Shown: positions 1-10,745, counted from the first letter of the stretch. The stretch is 64,000 bases of DNA from Spirochaetia bacterium (GCA_965220165.1 CBDCPJ010000054.1:385708-449707); one strand, 5' to 3'. Numbers and translations are program-made. The notes: generated by a model not told the origin, from the letters alone.

Positions 1-58
1 AAGATTTGGGTCTCTATTCTCTCCTAAAAAACATACTATCATAGCGAGACTCTCGCTA

Positions 59-1258
59 TTGGATCCTTCAGGCGCGGCAGACGAAGCTTTTGAACATTTT
101 GCCAGACAGGCGGTTATCGGAGAAGATACCGCAAATAATCAATTTGAACCTATCCTCTCCGTTGTCGGCAATGAGCTGGCGACTACGCATTCCGATACGT
201 TAGCGACATTGCTTCGTCGATCTCTTCCCTATGCTGTTTCGCCGCCTATGGCGAAAGAATGGATTCGAACCGCGCTCATCTACGCAAATCGCGGGAGATC
301 CGGTGGAACGCTCGCCCCGCTTTTGTTGCTAAGGGAGATTATTATTGGGTTCGCGGACAATAACAGATTGCTTGCGCTCGCCGGCGAGTCGTTGCCCGAA
401 ACCATTGCCGCATCGCTTCAGGAGCTTGCGCCTATTACGCTGGCCGCCGAAAGTATACCTGTTATCTCCGATCTACAGCCCGATCATCGTCGTTACGATG
501 TGGTGGAAATTGCGGAGATTATATTTGTCGGTTTGCCTGGGGGGAGGTTTCTATTTGGAGCCTCTCCCGCTCAGGAAGATCCGCTGTTGCCTCCCTATCT
601 TGTAGATATGCCCCCATTCTACATTATGCAGACTGAGACGACTCGTCGTCAATTCACCAATTACCTGTCCGCGACAGAGGATAACGCGACGCAGTGCTCA
701 TACCTAAACGCTCCTGATTGGTCGCAAAAACCCGAAGATGCCGCCGTCGCCATGGTAAACTGGGAAATGGCGACTCGCTTTGCCCAATGGATAGAGAAAC
801 AATTACCCGAGTATCTAAACGATCACCAAGTTCGATTGCCCTTTGAGCATGAATGGGAATGGGCGGCAAATCTAGCTGACGCCCCTTTCGCGGGAGGCCG
901 CTTTCTTGAAGCGGAGCAAAACGGGCAATCGACGCCCGGATTATTGAACCCGTCTCTATCGTCGACAGGAGCGGCGCCGATAGTCGATCTTCTAGGAAAT
1001 CTATGGGAATGGACCTATAATAGATATGCTCCGGGCGACTACATTGTACAGACACTTGCCCCAGTAAATTACGATGAATATATCGAGACGCGATCGAAAA
1101 TCGATTCGGCTCCGATAATATCAGCGCGCGGCGGATCATGGGCAAATAGCAAGAACGAGATATCCATATCGACTCGAGCTGCTATACCTGGCGATTGGTG
1201 TACTCCATATCTGGGATTTCGTGTTGTCATCGTCCCTCGATCGGTAGAAGAAATCTAG
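59..1258 (+). CDS. Formylglycine-generating-enzyme (FGE)-sulfatase domain protein (SUMF1/EgtB-like fold)
   Basis: 399-aa ORF. The C-terminal half carries FGE-type motifs (GNLWEWT..., RGGSWANS, FRVV). The frame is open back to nt 2, so the gene may be 5'-truncated by the window edge; the TTG at 59 is only the first possible start. Confidence 0.7.
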   Translation: MDPSGAADEAFEHFARQAVIGEDTANNQFEPILSVVGNELATTHSDTLATLLRRSLPYAVSPPMAKEWIRTALIYANRGRSGGTLAPLLLLREIIIGFADNNRLLALAGESLPETIAASLQELAPITLAAESIPVISDLQPDHRRYDVVEIAEIIFVGLPGGRFLFGASPAQEDPLLPPYLVDMPPFYIMQTETTRRQFTNYLSATEDNATQCSYLNAPDWSQKPEDAAVAMVNWEMATRFAQWIEKQLPEYLNDHQVRLPFEHEWEWAANLADAPFAGGRFLEAEQNGQSTPGLLNPSLSSTGAAPIVDLLGNLWEWTYNRYAPGDYIVQTLAPVNYDEYIETRSKIDSAPIISARGGSWANSKNEISISTRAAIPGDWCTPYLGFRVVIVPRSVEEI

Positions 1259-1262
1259 CGCT

Positions 1263-1733
1263 TTGAACGCAAAGAATCTCTCGTCCGAGCAAAAATCAAT
1301 TCTCATCTCTCGTAATCGCAAGGCATTTCACGAATTCTCTATTATCGAGCAAATTGAATGCGGCATCGTATTGACGGGAACCGAAGTCAAAGCTATCAAA
1401 GGAGGAGCTGTTTCGCTGAACGATGCGTACGCGAGGATAAAAAATGGCGAGTTATTTCTGTATGGGCTCCATGTTTCCCACTATAGTCACGGAAATATAT
1501 TCAATCATACCCCGCGCCGCATTAAAAAATTGTTGGCCAATCGCCGCGAAATTCTCAGGATGTTTCGGCAGGCCACAGAACGAGGCAATACGCTCATTCC
1601 TTTATCGATTCGAAGCAATCGCGGACTCATAAAAATCGAATTGGGAATATGTCGAGGCAAACAGATGTATGATAAACGAGCTACTTTAAAGCAGCGGGAC
1701 ATCGCTAAGAAGCTGCGATCTATCGATGATTAG
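1263..1733 (+). CDS. smpB: SsrA-binding protein SmpB
   Basis: 156 aa; KAFHEF...GIVLTGTEVKAIK...LYGLHVSHY motifs typical of SmpB. TTG start lies 4 nt after the upstream stop. Confidence 0.85.
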   Translation: MNAKNLSSEQKSILISRNRKAFHEFSIIEQIECGIVLTGTEVKAIKGGAVSLNDAYARIKNGELFLYGLHVSHYSHGNIFNHTPRRIKKLLANRREILRMFRQATERGNTLIPLSIRSNRGLIKIELGICRGKQMYDKRATLKQRDIAKKLRSIDD

Positions 1734-2553
1734 AGAAAACATGCCGTTTGATATCGCCCAGCTTCACAACTATCGCGATTTCGCGTTGCAAATAGCCATC
1801 AAGGCGGGCAAGATCGCAACACGCTATTTCAATAGCAATGTAGACATAGAATATAAATTAGATAATAGCCCTGTAACCAAGGCCGATCGACAAATAGAAG
1901 CGATGCTTCGCAAGGCTATCAATGATAAATATCCCTCCCATGATATTATAGGAGAAGAATTGGAGAACCATCCGCAAAATCTGCCCATGGATCAGCGAAA
2001 ATTTTGCTGGTATCTCGACCCTATTGACGGCACGCAATCATACGCGCATGGCATTCCTCTCTACACAACGCTCATAGCGTTATTTTATCAATCTACCCCG
2101 CTTATTGGAATTATATACTGCCCGCAAACCGGCGAATGGGTAGAAGCAATAAGCGGCAATGGTTGCCACTATAACGGAAGGCATTGCGAGATTTCGTCCT
2201 GCCGCGATATTTCTCAAGCGCGACTGATGACCAGCGACGTTTCAGAACTGTTGCGTCGTTTACCATCAGCAATACCACTGCTTCGTTCGGTATCGATCGG
2301 ACGCACTTGGGCAGATGGGTATGCGTACCTTATGCTGGCTAGCGGAAGGTGCGACATAGTCATCGATCCAATCCTCAATCCATGGGATATAGCGCCGCTC
2401 TATCCTATTGTCATGGAGTCGGGAGGCGCTATCACTTCTATTGCTGGAAAATATGAACCATTAGGCGCATCTGTTTTAGCGTGCGGCCGGTCGCTTCATG
2501 GCGCAGCGGCGGAATTATTGACGGAACATAATAAGAATAATGCAATGTATTAA
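1726..2553 (+). CDS. Inositol monophosphatase family protein (SuhB/HisN-like)
   Basis: 275 aa; WYLDPIDGTQSYAHGIP metal-binding motif. ATG start overlaps the smpB stop by 8 nt. Confidence 0.8.
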   Translation: MIRENMPFDIAQLHNYRDFALQIAIKAGKIATRYFNSNVDIEYKLDNSPVTKADRQIEAMLRKAINDKYPSHDIIGEELENHPQNLPMDQRKFCWYLDPIDGTQSYAHGIPLYTTLIALFYQSTPLIGIIYCPQTGEWVEAISGNGCHYNGRHCEISSCRDISQARLMTSDVSELLRRLPSAIPLLRSVSIGRTWADGYAYLMLASGRCDIVIDPILNPWDIAPLYPIVMESGGAITSIAGKYEPLGASVLACGRSLHGAAAELLTEHNKNNAMY

Positions 2554-2570
2554 TAATTATTGTAATATTT

Positions 2571-2643
2571 GGACGCGTAGCTCAGTGGATAGAGCGTTGC
2601 CCTCCGGAGGCAAAAGTCGTGGGTTCGAATCCCGCCGCGTCCA
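2571..2643 (+). tRNA. tRNA-Arg (anticodon CCG)
   Basis: Cloverleaf by eye: acceptor GGACGCG/CGCGTCC, D-arm GCTCAGTGGATAGAGC, anticodon stem TTGCC/GGCAA with loop CTCCGGA, T-arm GTGGGTTCGAATCCCGC, discriminator A. Confidence 0.9.
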
Positions 2644-2708
2644 ATAACGCTCTTCTCGCTAATGAGCAAGCTCGATTCGATATTATTGCTATATTAGGCG
2701 CTTTGTCT

Positions 2709-3179
2709 ATGTTTTTAGCAGTCATTGAGTATCTTATCCCTAAACCGATTCCATTTCTACGAATTGGACTGGCCAATCTTCCTATTTTGATAGCGTTGCG
2801 AATATTTCCATTTCATCAACTCATTCTTATTACAGCGCTCAAAACATTCGGACAAGCGTTGGTCAATGGAACATTGGCATCGTACGTTTTTCTTTTTTCT
2901 ATAGCCGGATCATTCAGTAGTCTAGTTATTATGTTTTTCTTTAGCCGCATATTACGAAATGCTATAAGTCTTATTGGGGTGAGCGTAATGGGAGCGCTCG
3001 CATCGAATTTAGCTCAGTCCGCATTGGCAGCGATTTTTATTTTTGGGGAGCAAGCCTGGTTAATTATTCCGCCGTTGCTTATTGCCGGTAGCATAAGCGG
3101 AACTATCGTAGGAGGTTTGGGCAATCATTTTTGGCATCGTTCTCAGTGGATAGGAAAAATTAAACGATGTTGTCAATAA
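2709..3179 (+). CDS. Gx-transporter / heptaprenyl diphosphate synthase component I-like small polytopic membrane protein
   Basis: The ORF track begins at 2619 and overlaps the tRNA; the first ATG downstream of the tRNA is at 2709. Very hydrophobic with about 5 TM segments (LANLPILIALRIF..., SIAGSFSSLVIMFF). Confidence 0.45.
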   Translation: MFLAVIEYLIPKPIPFLRIGLANLPILIALRIFPFHQLILITALKTFGQALVNGTLASYVFLFSIAGSFSSLVIMFFFSRILRNAISLIGVSVMGALASNLAQSALAAIFIFGEQAWLIIPPLLIAGSISGTIVGGLGNHFWHRSQWIGKIKRCCQ

Positions 3180-3772
3180 TACGTCATCACTTCGCAAACA
3201 GAATTATTTTTGGGGCTCGCGCCCTTTTCTTTTCCGGAATATTTCTCTTTCCAGCCTTTGCTCTTCAGTCTAATTTAATCATACGAATAGCGCAGGTATT
3301 ACTATTTGGTTTCCTTGCTCATTGCGCAAAAAAAAAGATCCAGTTGCTCTATTTTCTAATGTTGATAGTCATTGTCGCAATATGCAATACGATTGTTCCA
3401 AATGGAACCGTATTATGGCGATTCGGCCCAATTACAATTACTGAGCAGTCGCTTATTGGAGGATTGCATCGCGGTCTTGCTTTAACGGGAATGGTATTTA
3501 TTTCGCTATTCACTGTTCGCTCTGACCTCCATCTTCCAGGACGTTTTGGACATTTGTTAGCTTTAATGTTTTTCTACTTTGAGCGCCTCGTCGCCCAACG
3601 CAATCGTGTCAGAATAGGCAGTTGGCGACAGGATATCGATGGCCTGCTCGAAACGCTGTCTCCACCGATTCGAACGCCATCTCTAAATCCAGTTCGCACT
3701 AATGCCTATGGGTGGGTATTGTTACTTATTCTACTTACCTGCAATTGGCTTCTTCTTATACTGGAAAAATGA
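3167..3772 (+). CDS. Hypothetical polytopic membrane protein
   Basis: 201 aa, multiple TM helices, 13-nt overlap with the upstream membrane-protein gene (likely co-transcribed). No recognisable catalytic motif. Confidence 0.4.
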   Translation: MLSIIRHHFANRIIFGARALFFSGIFLFPAFALQSNLIIRIAQVLLFGFLAHCAKKKIQLLYFLMLIVIVAICNTIVPNGTVLWRFGPITITEQSLIGGLHRGLALTGMVFISLFTVRSDLHLPGRFGHLLALMFFYFERLVAQRNRVRIGSWRQDIDGLLETLSPPIRTPSLNPVRTNAYGWVLLLILLTCNWLLLILEK

Positions 3773-3930
3773 TATTTTTTACCATGCAAATTAATAAATA
3801 ACCTATTCATAATAGTGCAATTATCATCAATAAATATTATATATTTATATTCAAACTATTTTTATGAAACTATTAGATGATATCAGATACTTAAAAATAA
3901 TAGAATCTTTGCTATCCAACAGGAGGAATT

Positions 3931-5424
3931 ATGCGTAGAAAGATTATATGGATCGGTTTAGTTGGGTTAATATTGTCTGGCGCGTTGTTAACGTTGCCGC
4001 CTTTGAGCGCGAGAGGAGGATCTTCTCGAGTTGAAGCAACCGAAGACGCTAGCGGCGCTCAATTAACCGAAACGCCTCGCAGGCCATCGCAGAATCTTGA
4101 CATACTCTATGATTTGCAAGAGGCATTTGAGTCAGTTGCTGAAAACGTATTGCCAACAGTGGTAGAGGTTAATACACTTTCTAGCGTCCAAAGAAACAAC
4201 GAGTTACGCTCCCCTTGGGAATTCTTTTTCCGCCAACAACCTCGTCAGGAAGAGTTTCAACTGCCCGGACTCGGCTCGGGAGTTATCGTTCGTCGAAATA
4301 GAAGATCGGTGTATGTTTTAACCAATAACCATGTTGTTGGAAATGCCGAAAATATCTCGGTACGCCTTAACGACGGCAGAGAATTTGAGGCTGAAGTAAT
4401 CGGCACGGACGAGCGTATCGATTTGGCCCTTATCTCATTTGAAACTGCCGATGATGTTCCTGTTGCCGTACTAGGCGATTCCGACAAATTGCGCGTGGGA
4501 AATTGGGTGTTGGCTATCGGAAATCCGTTGGGTTTTGAATCGACAGTTACGGCCGGGATTGTCAGCGCTGTCCATCGCCAAGCAAATGGAAATAGTTCAA
4601 TCTCTAGTCTTACCGATTATATCCAAACCGACGCCGCGATTAATCGCGGAAATTCAGGCGGAGCGCTTGTCAACCTTAGTGGAGAAATTGTGGGCATCAA
4701 TACCTGGATAGCCTCTAATAACAGTGGAGGGAATATAGGACTGGGATTTTCTATTCCAATTAATACCGCCAAAGAAACTATAGACGACTTTATTAATGAA
4801 GGAGAGATTGTTTATGGCTGGCTGGGAGTTAATTTATTCGATGTCGACGACGCTCAAGACGCCGAGATATTCGCCAAAGAACTCGGCGTTGAGAATTTAA
4901 TGGGAGCAATGATAAGCAGTGTGTTTCGAGGCTCTCCGGCCGAAAAGAGCGAAATACTCCCGGGTGATTTTATAACTCGCGTCAATGACGAGGCGATCAA
5001 CGGACGTTCTCATTTGGCCCGCGTGGTTGGCAATATTGATCCAAAAAGCGAAGCGCAATTTGAATTAATCCGCGATGGGCGAACAGAGAGGATCTCCGCG
5101 TTGCTAGAGCGACGAAAACAATCCGATAATATTGATGAATCTGATAGTTGGCCAGGTATCATAGTTCTGCCGCTTACTGATGAATTGCGCGATAGATTAG
5201 AAATAAATTCCAATATTCGTGGAGTATTCGTTGCGGCCGTAAGAAGAGACACGCCCGCCGATGCCCGATTAGAAGTTGATGATATTATCACGGCCGTTGC
5301 CGATCGTTCTGTAAGAAACTTGCGTGAATTCTATCGTGAATTGAATAGAAATAGATCGGATGCTATGGAAATAACCGTTGAACGCACTGGGCGAACCGAT
5401 AAAGTGCGATTGCCCGGTCTTTAA
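3931..5424 (+). CDS. htrA: Periplasmic serine endoprotease HtrA/DegP (trypsin-like domain plus two PDZ domains)
   Basis: 497 aa; signal peptide; catalytic triad context TNNHVV, D(LALI), GNSGGALVN; PDZ-like C-terminal regions. AGGAGG RBS 6 nt upstream of the ATG; 160-bp AT-rich leader. Confidence 0.9.
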   Translation: MRRKIIWIGLVGLILSGALLTLPPLSARGGSSRVEATEDASGAQLTETPRRPSQNLDILYDLQEAFESVAENVLPTVVEVNTLSSVQRNNELRSPWEFFFRQQPRQEEFQLPGLGSGVIVRRNRRSVYVLTNNHVVGNAENISVRLNDGREFEAEVIGTDERIDLALISFETADDVPVAVLGDSDKLRVGNWVLAIGNPLGFESTVTAGIVSAVHRQANGNSSISSLTDYIQTDAAINRGNSGGALVNLSGEIVGINTWIASNNSGGNIGLGFSIPINTAKETIDDFINEGEIVYGWLGVNLFDVDDAQDAEIFAKELGVENLMGAMISSVFRGSPAEKSEILPGDFITRVNDEAINGRSHLARVVGNIDPKSEAQFELIRDGRTERISALLERRKQSDNIDESDSWPGIIVLPLTDELRDRLEINSNIRGVFVAAVRRDTPADARLEVDDIITAVADRSVRNLREFYRELNRNRSDAMEITVERTGRTDKVRLPGL

Positions 5425-5427
5425 TCC

Positions 5428-6228
5428 ATGCGGCATACCAACAGATTAGCAAACAAGGTAGCCTTTATAACAGGTTCTAGTCGAGGTATTGGTCGCGAAA
5501 CAGCTCGTTATTTGACAGCGCAAAAAGCATCTGTGATTATAAATGGCCGCAATGCAAGACAATTGGAACAAACGAGAAAACAATTAATTGCCGATGGGTC
5601 TTCTGTCGCCGCAGTTTGCGGCGACATCCTATCAGACCCGTTGGTTATTGCAAATAAAGCGATCGAGAAGTTTGGCAGAGTCGATATTTTGATTAATAAC
5701 GCCGCTCTGTCAATGCGAGGATCATTTGAAGACACAGAATTGTCGGTATGGCGCAAAATACTTGAGAATAACATTCTTGGTTGCGTAGCGATTACTCATG
5801 CGTTGCTTACTGAGATACGCAATCGAAAAGGCGCCATTATGTTTATTGGAAGCATATCAGGATTATATGGCTTCTATCAGGCCGTTCCGTATAGCATAAG
5901 CAAAATGGCAATCACGGGAATAGCGCAGGCTCTGCGCATGGAATTGGCTAATAGCGGAACACATGTCGGTATCATCTATGTTGGATTTACCAAAAACGAT
6001 CCGGACAAAGTAATTATGGGGTCCCATGGGGATCCCGTATCGCTACATCGATCAGCCCATTCTACTCAATATGACGTAGCTCGGAATATCGTCGAAGCTA
6101 TAATACGAAAAAAAAAGCGAACTGTGCTCACACCGTTAGGCCATTATATATCATTCTTACAGCGTTTTTTTCCAAACTGGCTAGAATATCGTTATCGACT
6201 ATACGCAAAGAAGCACTCCGAAGTATAA
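5428..6228 (+). CDS. SDR family NAD(P)-dependent oxidoreductase
   Basis: 266 aa; TGSSRGIGRETA Rossmann motif, NNAA, YxxxK (YSISK). Confidence 0.8.
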   Translation: MRHTNRLANKVAFITGSSRGIGRETARYLTAQKASVIINGRNARQLEQTRKQLIADGSSVAAVCGDILSDPLVIANKAIEKFGRVDILINNAALSMRGSFEDTELSVWRKILENNILGCVAITHALLTEIRNRKGAIMFIGSISGLYGFYQAVPYSISKMAITGIAQALRMELANSGTHVGIIYVGFTKNDPDKVIMGSHGDPVSLHRSAHSTQYDVARNIVEAIIRKKKRTVLTPLGHYISFLQRFFPNWLEYRYRLYAKKHSEV

Positions 6229-6236
6229 TAGAATAT

Positions 6237-6974
6237 TCAGTGAATTGCGATAACTAAACCATATATTTCGATCACTCCATGTCTGCGAAGTGTTATAGCG
6301 CATTCATTCAGAGTGGCTCCAGTAGTAAAAACATCGTCCAACAATACAACCTTACTTGGCAATTCTATATTTTGAGGACAAAATATCGCTCCGCGTAAAT
6401 TACTTAACCGTTCATCTCTATTTAATTTCTTTTGCGATCGAGTCGAGCGACGACGCAAAGCGTTAAAATACTCTATATTATCCATATCTCGCCTCGCCCA
6501 TTTTCGCATAGCTGATATTAAATCAATCCCCTGATCCCATCCGCGTTTACGCAAGTTTCTTGGATTTGCGGGGGCGGGAATCACAGGTAGCCCATGATAA
6601 AATTTTCGCCACAATCTATATAGCGCTCGCCCGAATATATTACGCAATGAACGTTCGCCGGCTATTTTGTATGTTTTTATTAACGTAGCAATATCGCGAC
6701 GATATTCATAGGCAGGACGCACCGATGTAAAAGCGAATTCCTCTCTTCTACAACGCATACATTGCTGATATTCGGAAACTAATGAAATACCGCATAATTG
6801 ACACGTTGGGGGAACAATTCTTGTAAGCCCATGAATGCAACGCGTACAGCATGCGGCGCCCAACGCGTTGTTGGCAAATAATGCCGCGTCACAAATAGCG
6901 CAACGACGAGGAAGCAACAAATCGACACCACCTCGGATTATCGAATTCAATTGAACTATGACCTTATTCCGCAT
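6237..6974 (-). CDS. comF: ComF family protein (phosphoribosyltransferase-domain, zinc-finger N-terminus)
   Basis: 245 aa; N-terminal CxxC...CxxC and C-terminal PRTase motif VVLLDDVFTTGATL. Confidence 0.7.
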   Translation of the reverse strand: MRNKVIVQLNSIIRGGVDLLLPRRCAICDAALFANNALGAACCTRCIHGLTRIVPPTCQLCGISLVSEYQQCMRCRREEFAFTSVRPAYEYRRDIATLIKTYKIAGERSLRNIFGRALYRLWRKFYHGLPVIPAPANPRNLRKRGWDQGIDLISAMRKWARRDMDNIEYFNALRRRSTRSQKKLNRDERLSNLRGAIFCPQNIELPSKVVLLDDVFTTGATLNECAITLRRHGVIEIYGLVIAIH

Positions 6975-7105
6975 GAAAATAGTTACCGATCTTATCTCGG
7001 CGCATTAAGAAATATAACTGATATTAAGCATAGAGAAATAAATTATATATTCACTAATATCAGCTTCCATGCTATAATTACCTCCAATTGTAAACTCATG
7101 GAGGG

Positions 7106-8503
7106 ATGATGGCAACAATGGACAATTACGATCTTGCTATAATCGGATCTGGCCCCGGTGGATACGTATCCGCTATTCGCGCGAGTCAGCTTGGCATGAA
7201 AGTCGCTATAATAGAAAAAGACAGCCCTGGAGGTGTTTGCCTTAATATTGGCTGTATTCCTTCAAAATCGATTATTCATCAAGCGACTTTATTTATGGAG
7301 CTCAAAGAAATGAAAGCGTTCAGCGAGGCCTTTGATCCAACGAAATTCGACTATGCTAATGTCTATACGAAATCGCGAGATGCCGCGACAAGCCTTTCAA
7401 AAGGCGTAACATTTTTATTGCGAAAAAACAATGTCGATTATCTCAAGGGACATGCTCGTATTGCGGAAAAACACATAGTGCAAATCGATAACGGCGCAAC
7501 AATACAGGCAAAAAATATTTTGATCGCAAGCGGAGCTCGCCCAAAATCAATACCCGGTTTTGAATTTGACGGACGCTTTTCACTCTCATCTACCGATCTT
7601 TTGATGCTCAAAAAATTACCTAAAAAACTGATTATTTTAGGAGCCGGTTATATAGGCATGGAGTTTGCGCATGTAATGAACGCTTTTGGAGTCGATGTAG
7701 CCGTTGTTGAGATGCTAGATCGCATTGTTCCAACCGCCGATATTGAGATCGCAAATATTTTAGCAAAAAGCATGACCAGACGCGGCGTAAAAATTCTAAC
7801 AAGCCATCGCGCGACTCAATTAGTTAAGAAAAGCGATTCTGTCTCGCTGTCGCTGAGATCCGCCCATGATAAATCGCTTGTTATCGATGGCGACCAATTG
7901 CTTGTGGCAATTGGAAGAACGCCTAATAGCGAAGAATTAGGATTGGAAAATGTAGGAATTGTTACTGATCGAGGGTTCATTCCAACGCGGGATTACTATC
8001 AAACAAGCGTGGATAATATCTACGCAATTGGCGATGTTATTTCTTCTCCTATGCTAGCTCACGTAGCCTCGGGCGAAGGGGAGTTGGCTGTATCCCATAT
8101 GGCGGGCGAGAGCCGAGAAGCGAAATTGGATCCAGACGAAATTCCCGGAGCAATCTTTACTCAGCCTGAAATGGCAAGTTTTGGGCCTACCGAAGAGCAA
8201 CTCCAGAATAGTAGCATCAAATACAAAAAATCTACTTTCCCCTACCGCGGCGCGGGAAAATCAGTTGCGATAGGGCATCCTGACGGAATAATTAAGCTAC
8301 TCTATCAACAAGAGACAAAAGAAATATTGGCGGCGCACATTATCGGGGTATCAGCAACCGAAATTATTCATGAGCTTTTATTGGCAAAACGTTGTGAACT
8401 GTTGCCTGAAAATATCGCCACTATGATTCATGCCCATCCAACTATATCTGAGACCATCATGGAGGTAGCTCGCGGAGCAGAAGGATGGATGATCCATTCT
8501 TGA
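7106..8503 (+). CDS. lpdA: Dihydrolipoyl dehydrogenase (E3 component)
   Basis: 465 aa; GSGPGGY FAD motif, redox-active CLNIGCIPSK disulfide, NAD-binding GAGYIG, C-terminal HAHPT. GGAGGG RBS. Confidence 0.88.
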   Translation: MMATMDNYDLAIIGSGPGGYVSAIRASQLGMKVAIIEKDSPGGVCLNIGCIPSKSIIHQATLFMELKEMKAFSEAFDPTKFDYANVYTKSRDAATSLSKGVTFLLRKNNVDYLKGHARIAEKHIVQIDNGATIQAKNILIASGARPKSIPGFEFDGRFSLSSTDLLMLKKLPKKLIILGAGYIGMEFAHVMNAFGVDVAVVEMLDRIVPTADIEIANILAKSMTRRGVKILTSHRATQLVKKSDSVSLSLRSAHDKSLVIDGDQLLVAIGRTPNSEELGLENVGIVTDRGFIPTRDYYQTSVDNIYAIGDVISSPMLAHVASGEGELAVSHMAGESREAKLDPDEIPGAIFTQPEMASFGPTEEQLQNSSIKYKKSTFPYRGAGKSVAIGHPDGIIKLLYQQETKEILAAHIIGVSATEIIHELLLAKRCELLPENIATMIHAHPTISETIMEVARGAEGWMIHS

Positions 8504-9618
8504 AGCATTCTCCAAACACCTATGATAAAGGCACTATAAATTTTATAGGAAATGGCCGTGTTATAGCAATTAACGTTACTTTATTAACTGTTTTTGCTCT
8601 CGGAGTAGTTTTACGTCTTACAAGACAGATTTTTCTTCCGTTCTTTATCGCGCTGTTGCTTTCTTACGCTGTCGCTCCAATTATCGCATTCCTCACCAAA
8701 CGCAAGGTTTCACATATCATTGCAATTATTGTGGTGTTGATATTACTTATGGTCATAAGCTTTCTAGTTAGCCTAATTCTTTTTTCCAGTATTCGATCAT
8801 TAACGGCCAATTACGCATTCTATCAAGAGAGGTTTGTAACGCTTATTAGCAGTCTTATTCAACGCTATAATATACCCGATACCGCCGTGAACGATCTTAT
8901 TAATTTCTTCGACCCCTCTATCATTGCCAATATCGTCCTTTCACTTTCTGGAAGCTTTGTAACCTTTGGGCAATATTTGATTCTCGTTATTTTGTTTATG
9001 TTCTTTCTCTTGCTTGAACACAAATATATCCGACGCAAATTGGCGCTTGCATTTAACCGCAAAACTAATCGTCAAATTAACAATGTATTAGTAGATATCA
9101 ATCGGCAAATCGGCGCCTATTTATCGATAAAAATTGCGATCAGCTTAATGACAGGAATATTGGTCTATATAGTCTTTTTACTGATTGGAGTCGATTTCCC
9201 TTTTATATGGGGAACATTGGCATTTCTTTTTAACTTCATCCCTAGCGTAGGCTCTATTATTATTTCGTTGATATCTTCTTTATTTGTTATAATTCAGTTT
9301 TTACCCAACTGGCTTCCGATAATTGCGGCAATAACTTCTATTCTTGTTATTCAAATCATTATGGGCAATCTCATTGAGCCTCACCTGCTTGGCGAGCGGT
9401 TGAATATTAGCCCTGTTTTATTAATCATCTCTTTGCTCATTTGGGGGACCGTTTGGGGCTTCGCGGGCATGTTTCTCTCGGTTCCATTGGCGGTAGCCCT
9501 TAAAATTGTGCTACTCGGAATACCCGCTACTCGATTTTTAGGAATACTCATGGGAAGCAAACCAAATATTAAATCCTATACCAGGAAAACTAAAATTAGT
9601 ACTCGGCAATCGGTTTGA
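8485..9618 (+). CDS. AI-2E family transporter (PerM/UPF0118)
   Basis: 377 aa; about 8 TM segments; conserved FLFNFIP...G motif region. Confidence 0.75.
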   Translation: MDDPFLKHSPNTYDKGTINFIGNGRVIAINVTLLTVFALGVVLRLTRQIFLPFFIALLLSYAVAPIIAFLTKRKVSHIIAIIVVLILLMVISFLVSLILFSSIRSLTANYAFYQERFVTLISSLIQRYNIPDTAVNDLINFFDPSIIANIVLSLSGSFVTFGQYLILVILFMFFLLLEHKYIRRKLALAFNRKTNRQINNVLVDINRQIGAYLSIKIAISLMTGILVYIVFLLIGVDFPFIWGTLAFLFNFIPSVGSIIISLISSLFVIIQFLPNWLPIIAAITSILVIQIIMGNLIEPHLLGERLNISPVLLIISLLIWGTVWGFAGMFLSVPLAVALKIVLLGIPATRFLGILMGSKPNIKSYTRKTKISTRQSV

Positions 9619-10664
9619 AGCGCATTTTAACCGGCGATCGCCCTACTGGGCCTCTCCATATTGGTCATTATGTTGGATCATTAAGCAATCGAGTTCGCTT
9701 ACAGCAACAGTACGAGTGTTTTTTTATCATTGCGGATCTTCATACGCTGACCACAAATCCCAATCCAGAAGAAATTAAGACTATAAAAAATAATGCATGC
9801 GAAATGACATTGGATTATCTATCCTGCGGAATTGATCCTGCGCGCTCAACCATTTTTCTTCAGTCTGCTGTTCCTGAAATATATGAACTTAATTTGCTGT
9901 TTGAGATGTTAGTCACTGTCCCTCGGTTGCAACGTCTTCCCAGTCTTAAAGAAATGAAAGACGCCGCTAATCTTAAAGAGATGCCATTTGGACTATTGGG
10001 CTATCCAGTGTTGCAAGCCGCCGATATTTTGCTGCCGCGCGCTCATCTAGTACCTGTCGGAAAAGATAATATAGCTCACGTCGAGCTATGTCGAGAAATC
10101 GCGCGTCGTTTTAATCGCGGCTATGGCGATGTATTTCCATTGCCCGACCCGATGATAGGCGAGGTCTCTACATTAATTGGAACTGATGGCAAAGCAAAAA
10201 TGTCTAAATCGTTGGGGAATTTTATCTTGTTATCTGACGACTCCGCGACAGTGGATCGAAGAGTCATGCGGATGTTCACAGACCCAAATCGTATACATTC
10301 CAACACCCCGGGTCGGACACAAAACAATCCTGTCTTTATATATCATGACATATTCAATACCGATCGCGATCAAGTTGAGATGCTTAAAAAACGCTACCGC
10401 ACCGGGAATGTTGGAGATGTGGAGGTCAAGCAAGCATTAGCCGCTACGTTAAATCGCTTTTTAGATCCTATACGAGAACGCAGAGCACAGTATCAAAAAG
10501 ATACTGGCTATGTTGAAGAACTTATCTACAGCGGAACAATGAAAACCCGTGAGGAAGGGAAGAAAACACTATTGCTCGCTCGTAAAGCGCTCGGGCTGAG
10601 CGGTATATGGAATCGCATCTCCCGTAAAGCGGAAAAATGGAGAAAATCTAGGCAACCTGGATAG
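9615..10664 (+). CDS. trpS: Tryptophan--tRNA ligase
   Basis: 349 aa; class I HIGH-type motif (PTGPLHIGHYVG) and KMSKS motif. Confidence 0.92.
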   Translation: MKRILTGDRPTGPLHIGHYVGSLSNRVRLQQQYECFFIIADLHTLTTNPNPEEIKTIKNNACEMTLDYLSCGIDPARSTIFLQSAVPEIYELNLLFEMLVTVPRLQRLPSLKEMKDAANLKEMPFGLLGYPVLQAADILLPRAHLVPVGKDNIAHVELCREIARRFNRGYGDVFPLPDPMIGEVSTLIGTDGKAKMSKSLGNFILLSDDSATVDRRVMRMFTDPNRIHSNTPGRTQNNPVFIYHDIFNTDRDQVEMLKKRYRTGNVGDVEVKQALAATLNRFLDPIRERRAQYQKDTGYVEELIYSGTMKTREEGKKTLLLARKALGLSGIWNRISRKAEKWRKSRQPG

Positions 10665-10745
10665 GCAAAACGTTGCGCGTCATTAGAGCAATAACGCATA
10701 TTCCCTTAGCCTATAGTATTTCTACATAGCAATACGAGAAGCTAT

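Noticed and set aside
2619-2708. 5' extension of the membrane-protein ORF across the tRNA-Arg gene
   Set aside because: The longest-ORF start overlaps a confidently folded tRNA on the same strand. The first ATG after the tRNA (2709) is the more plausible start.
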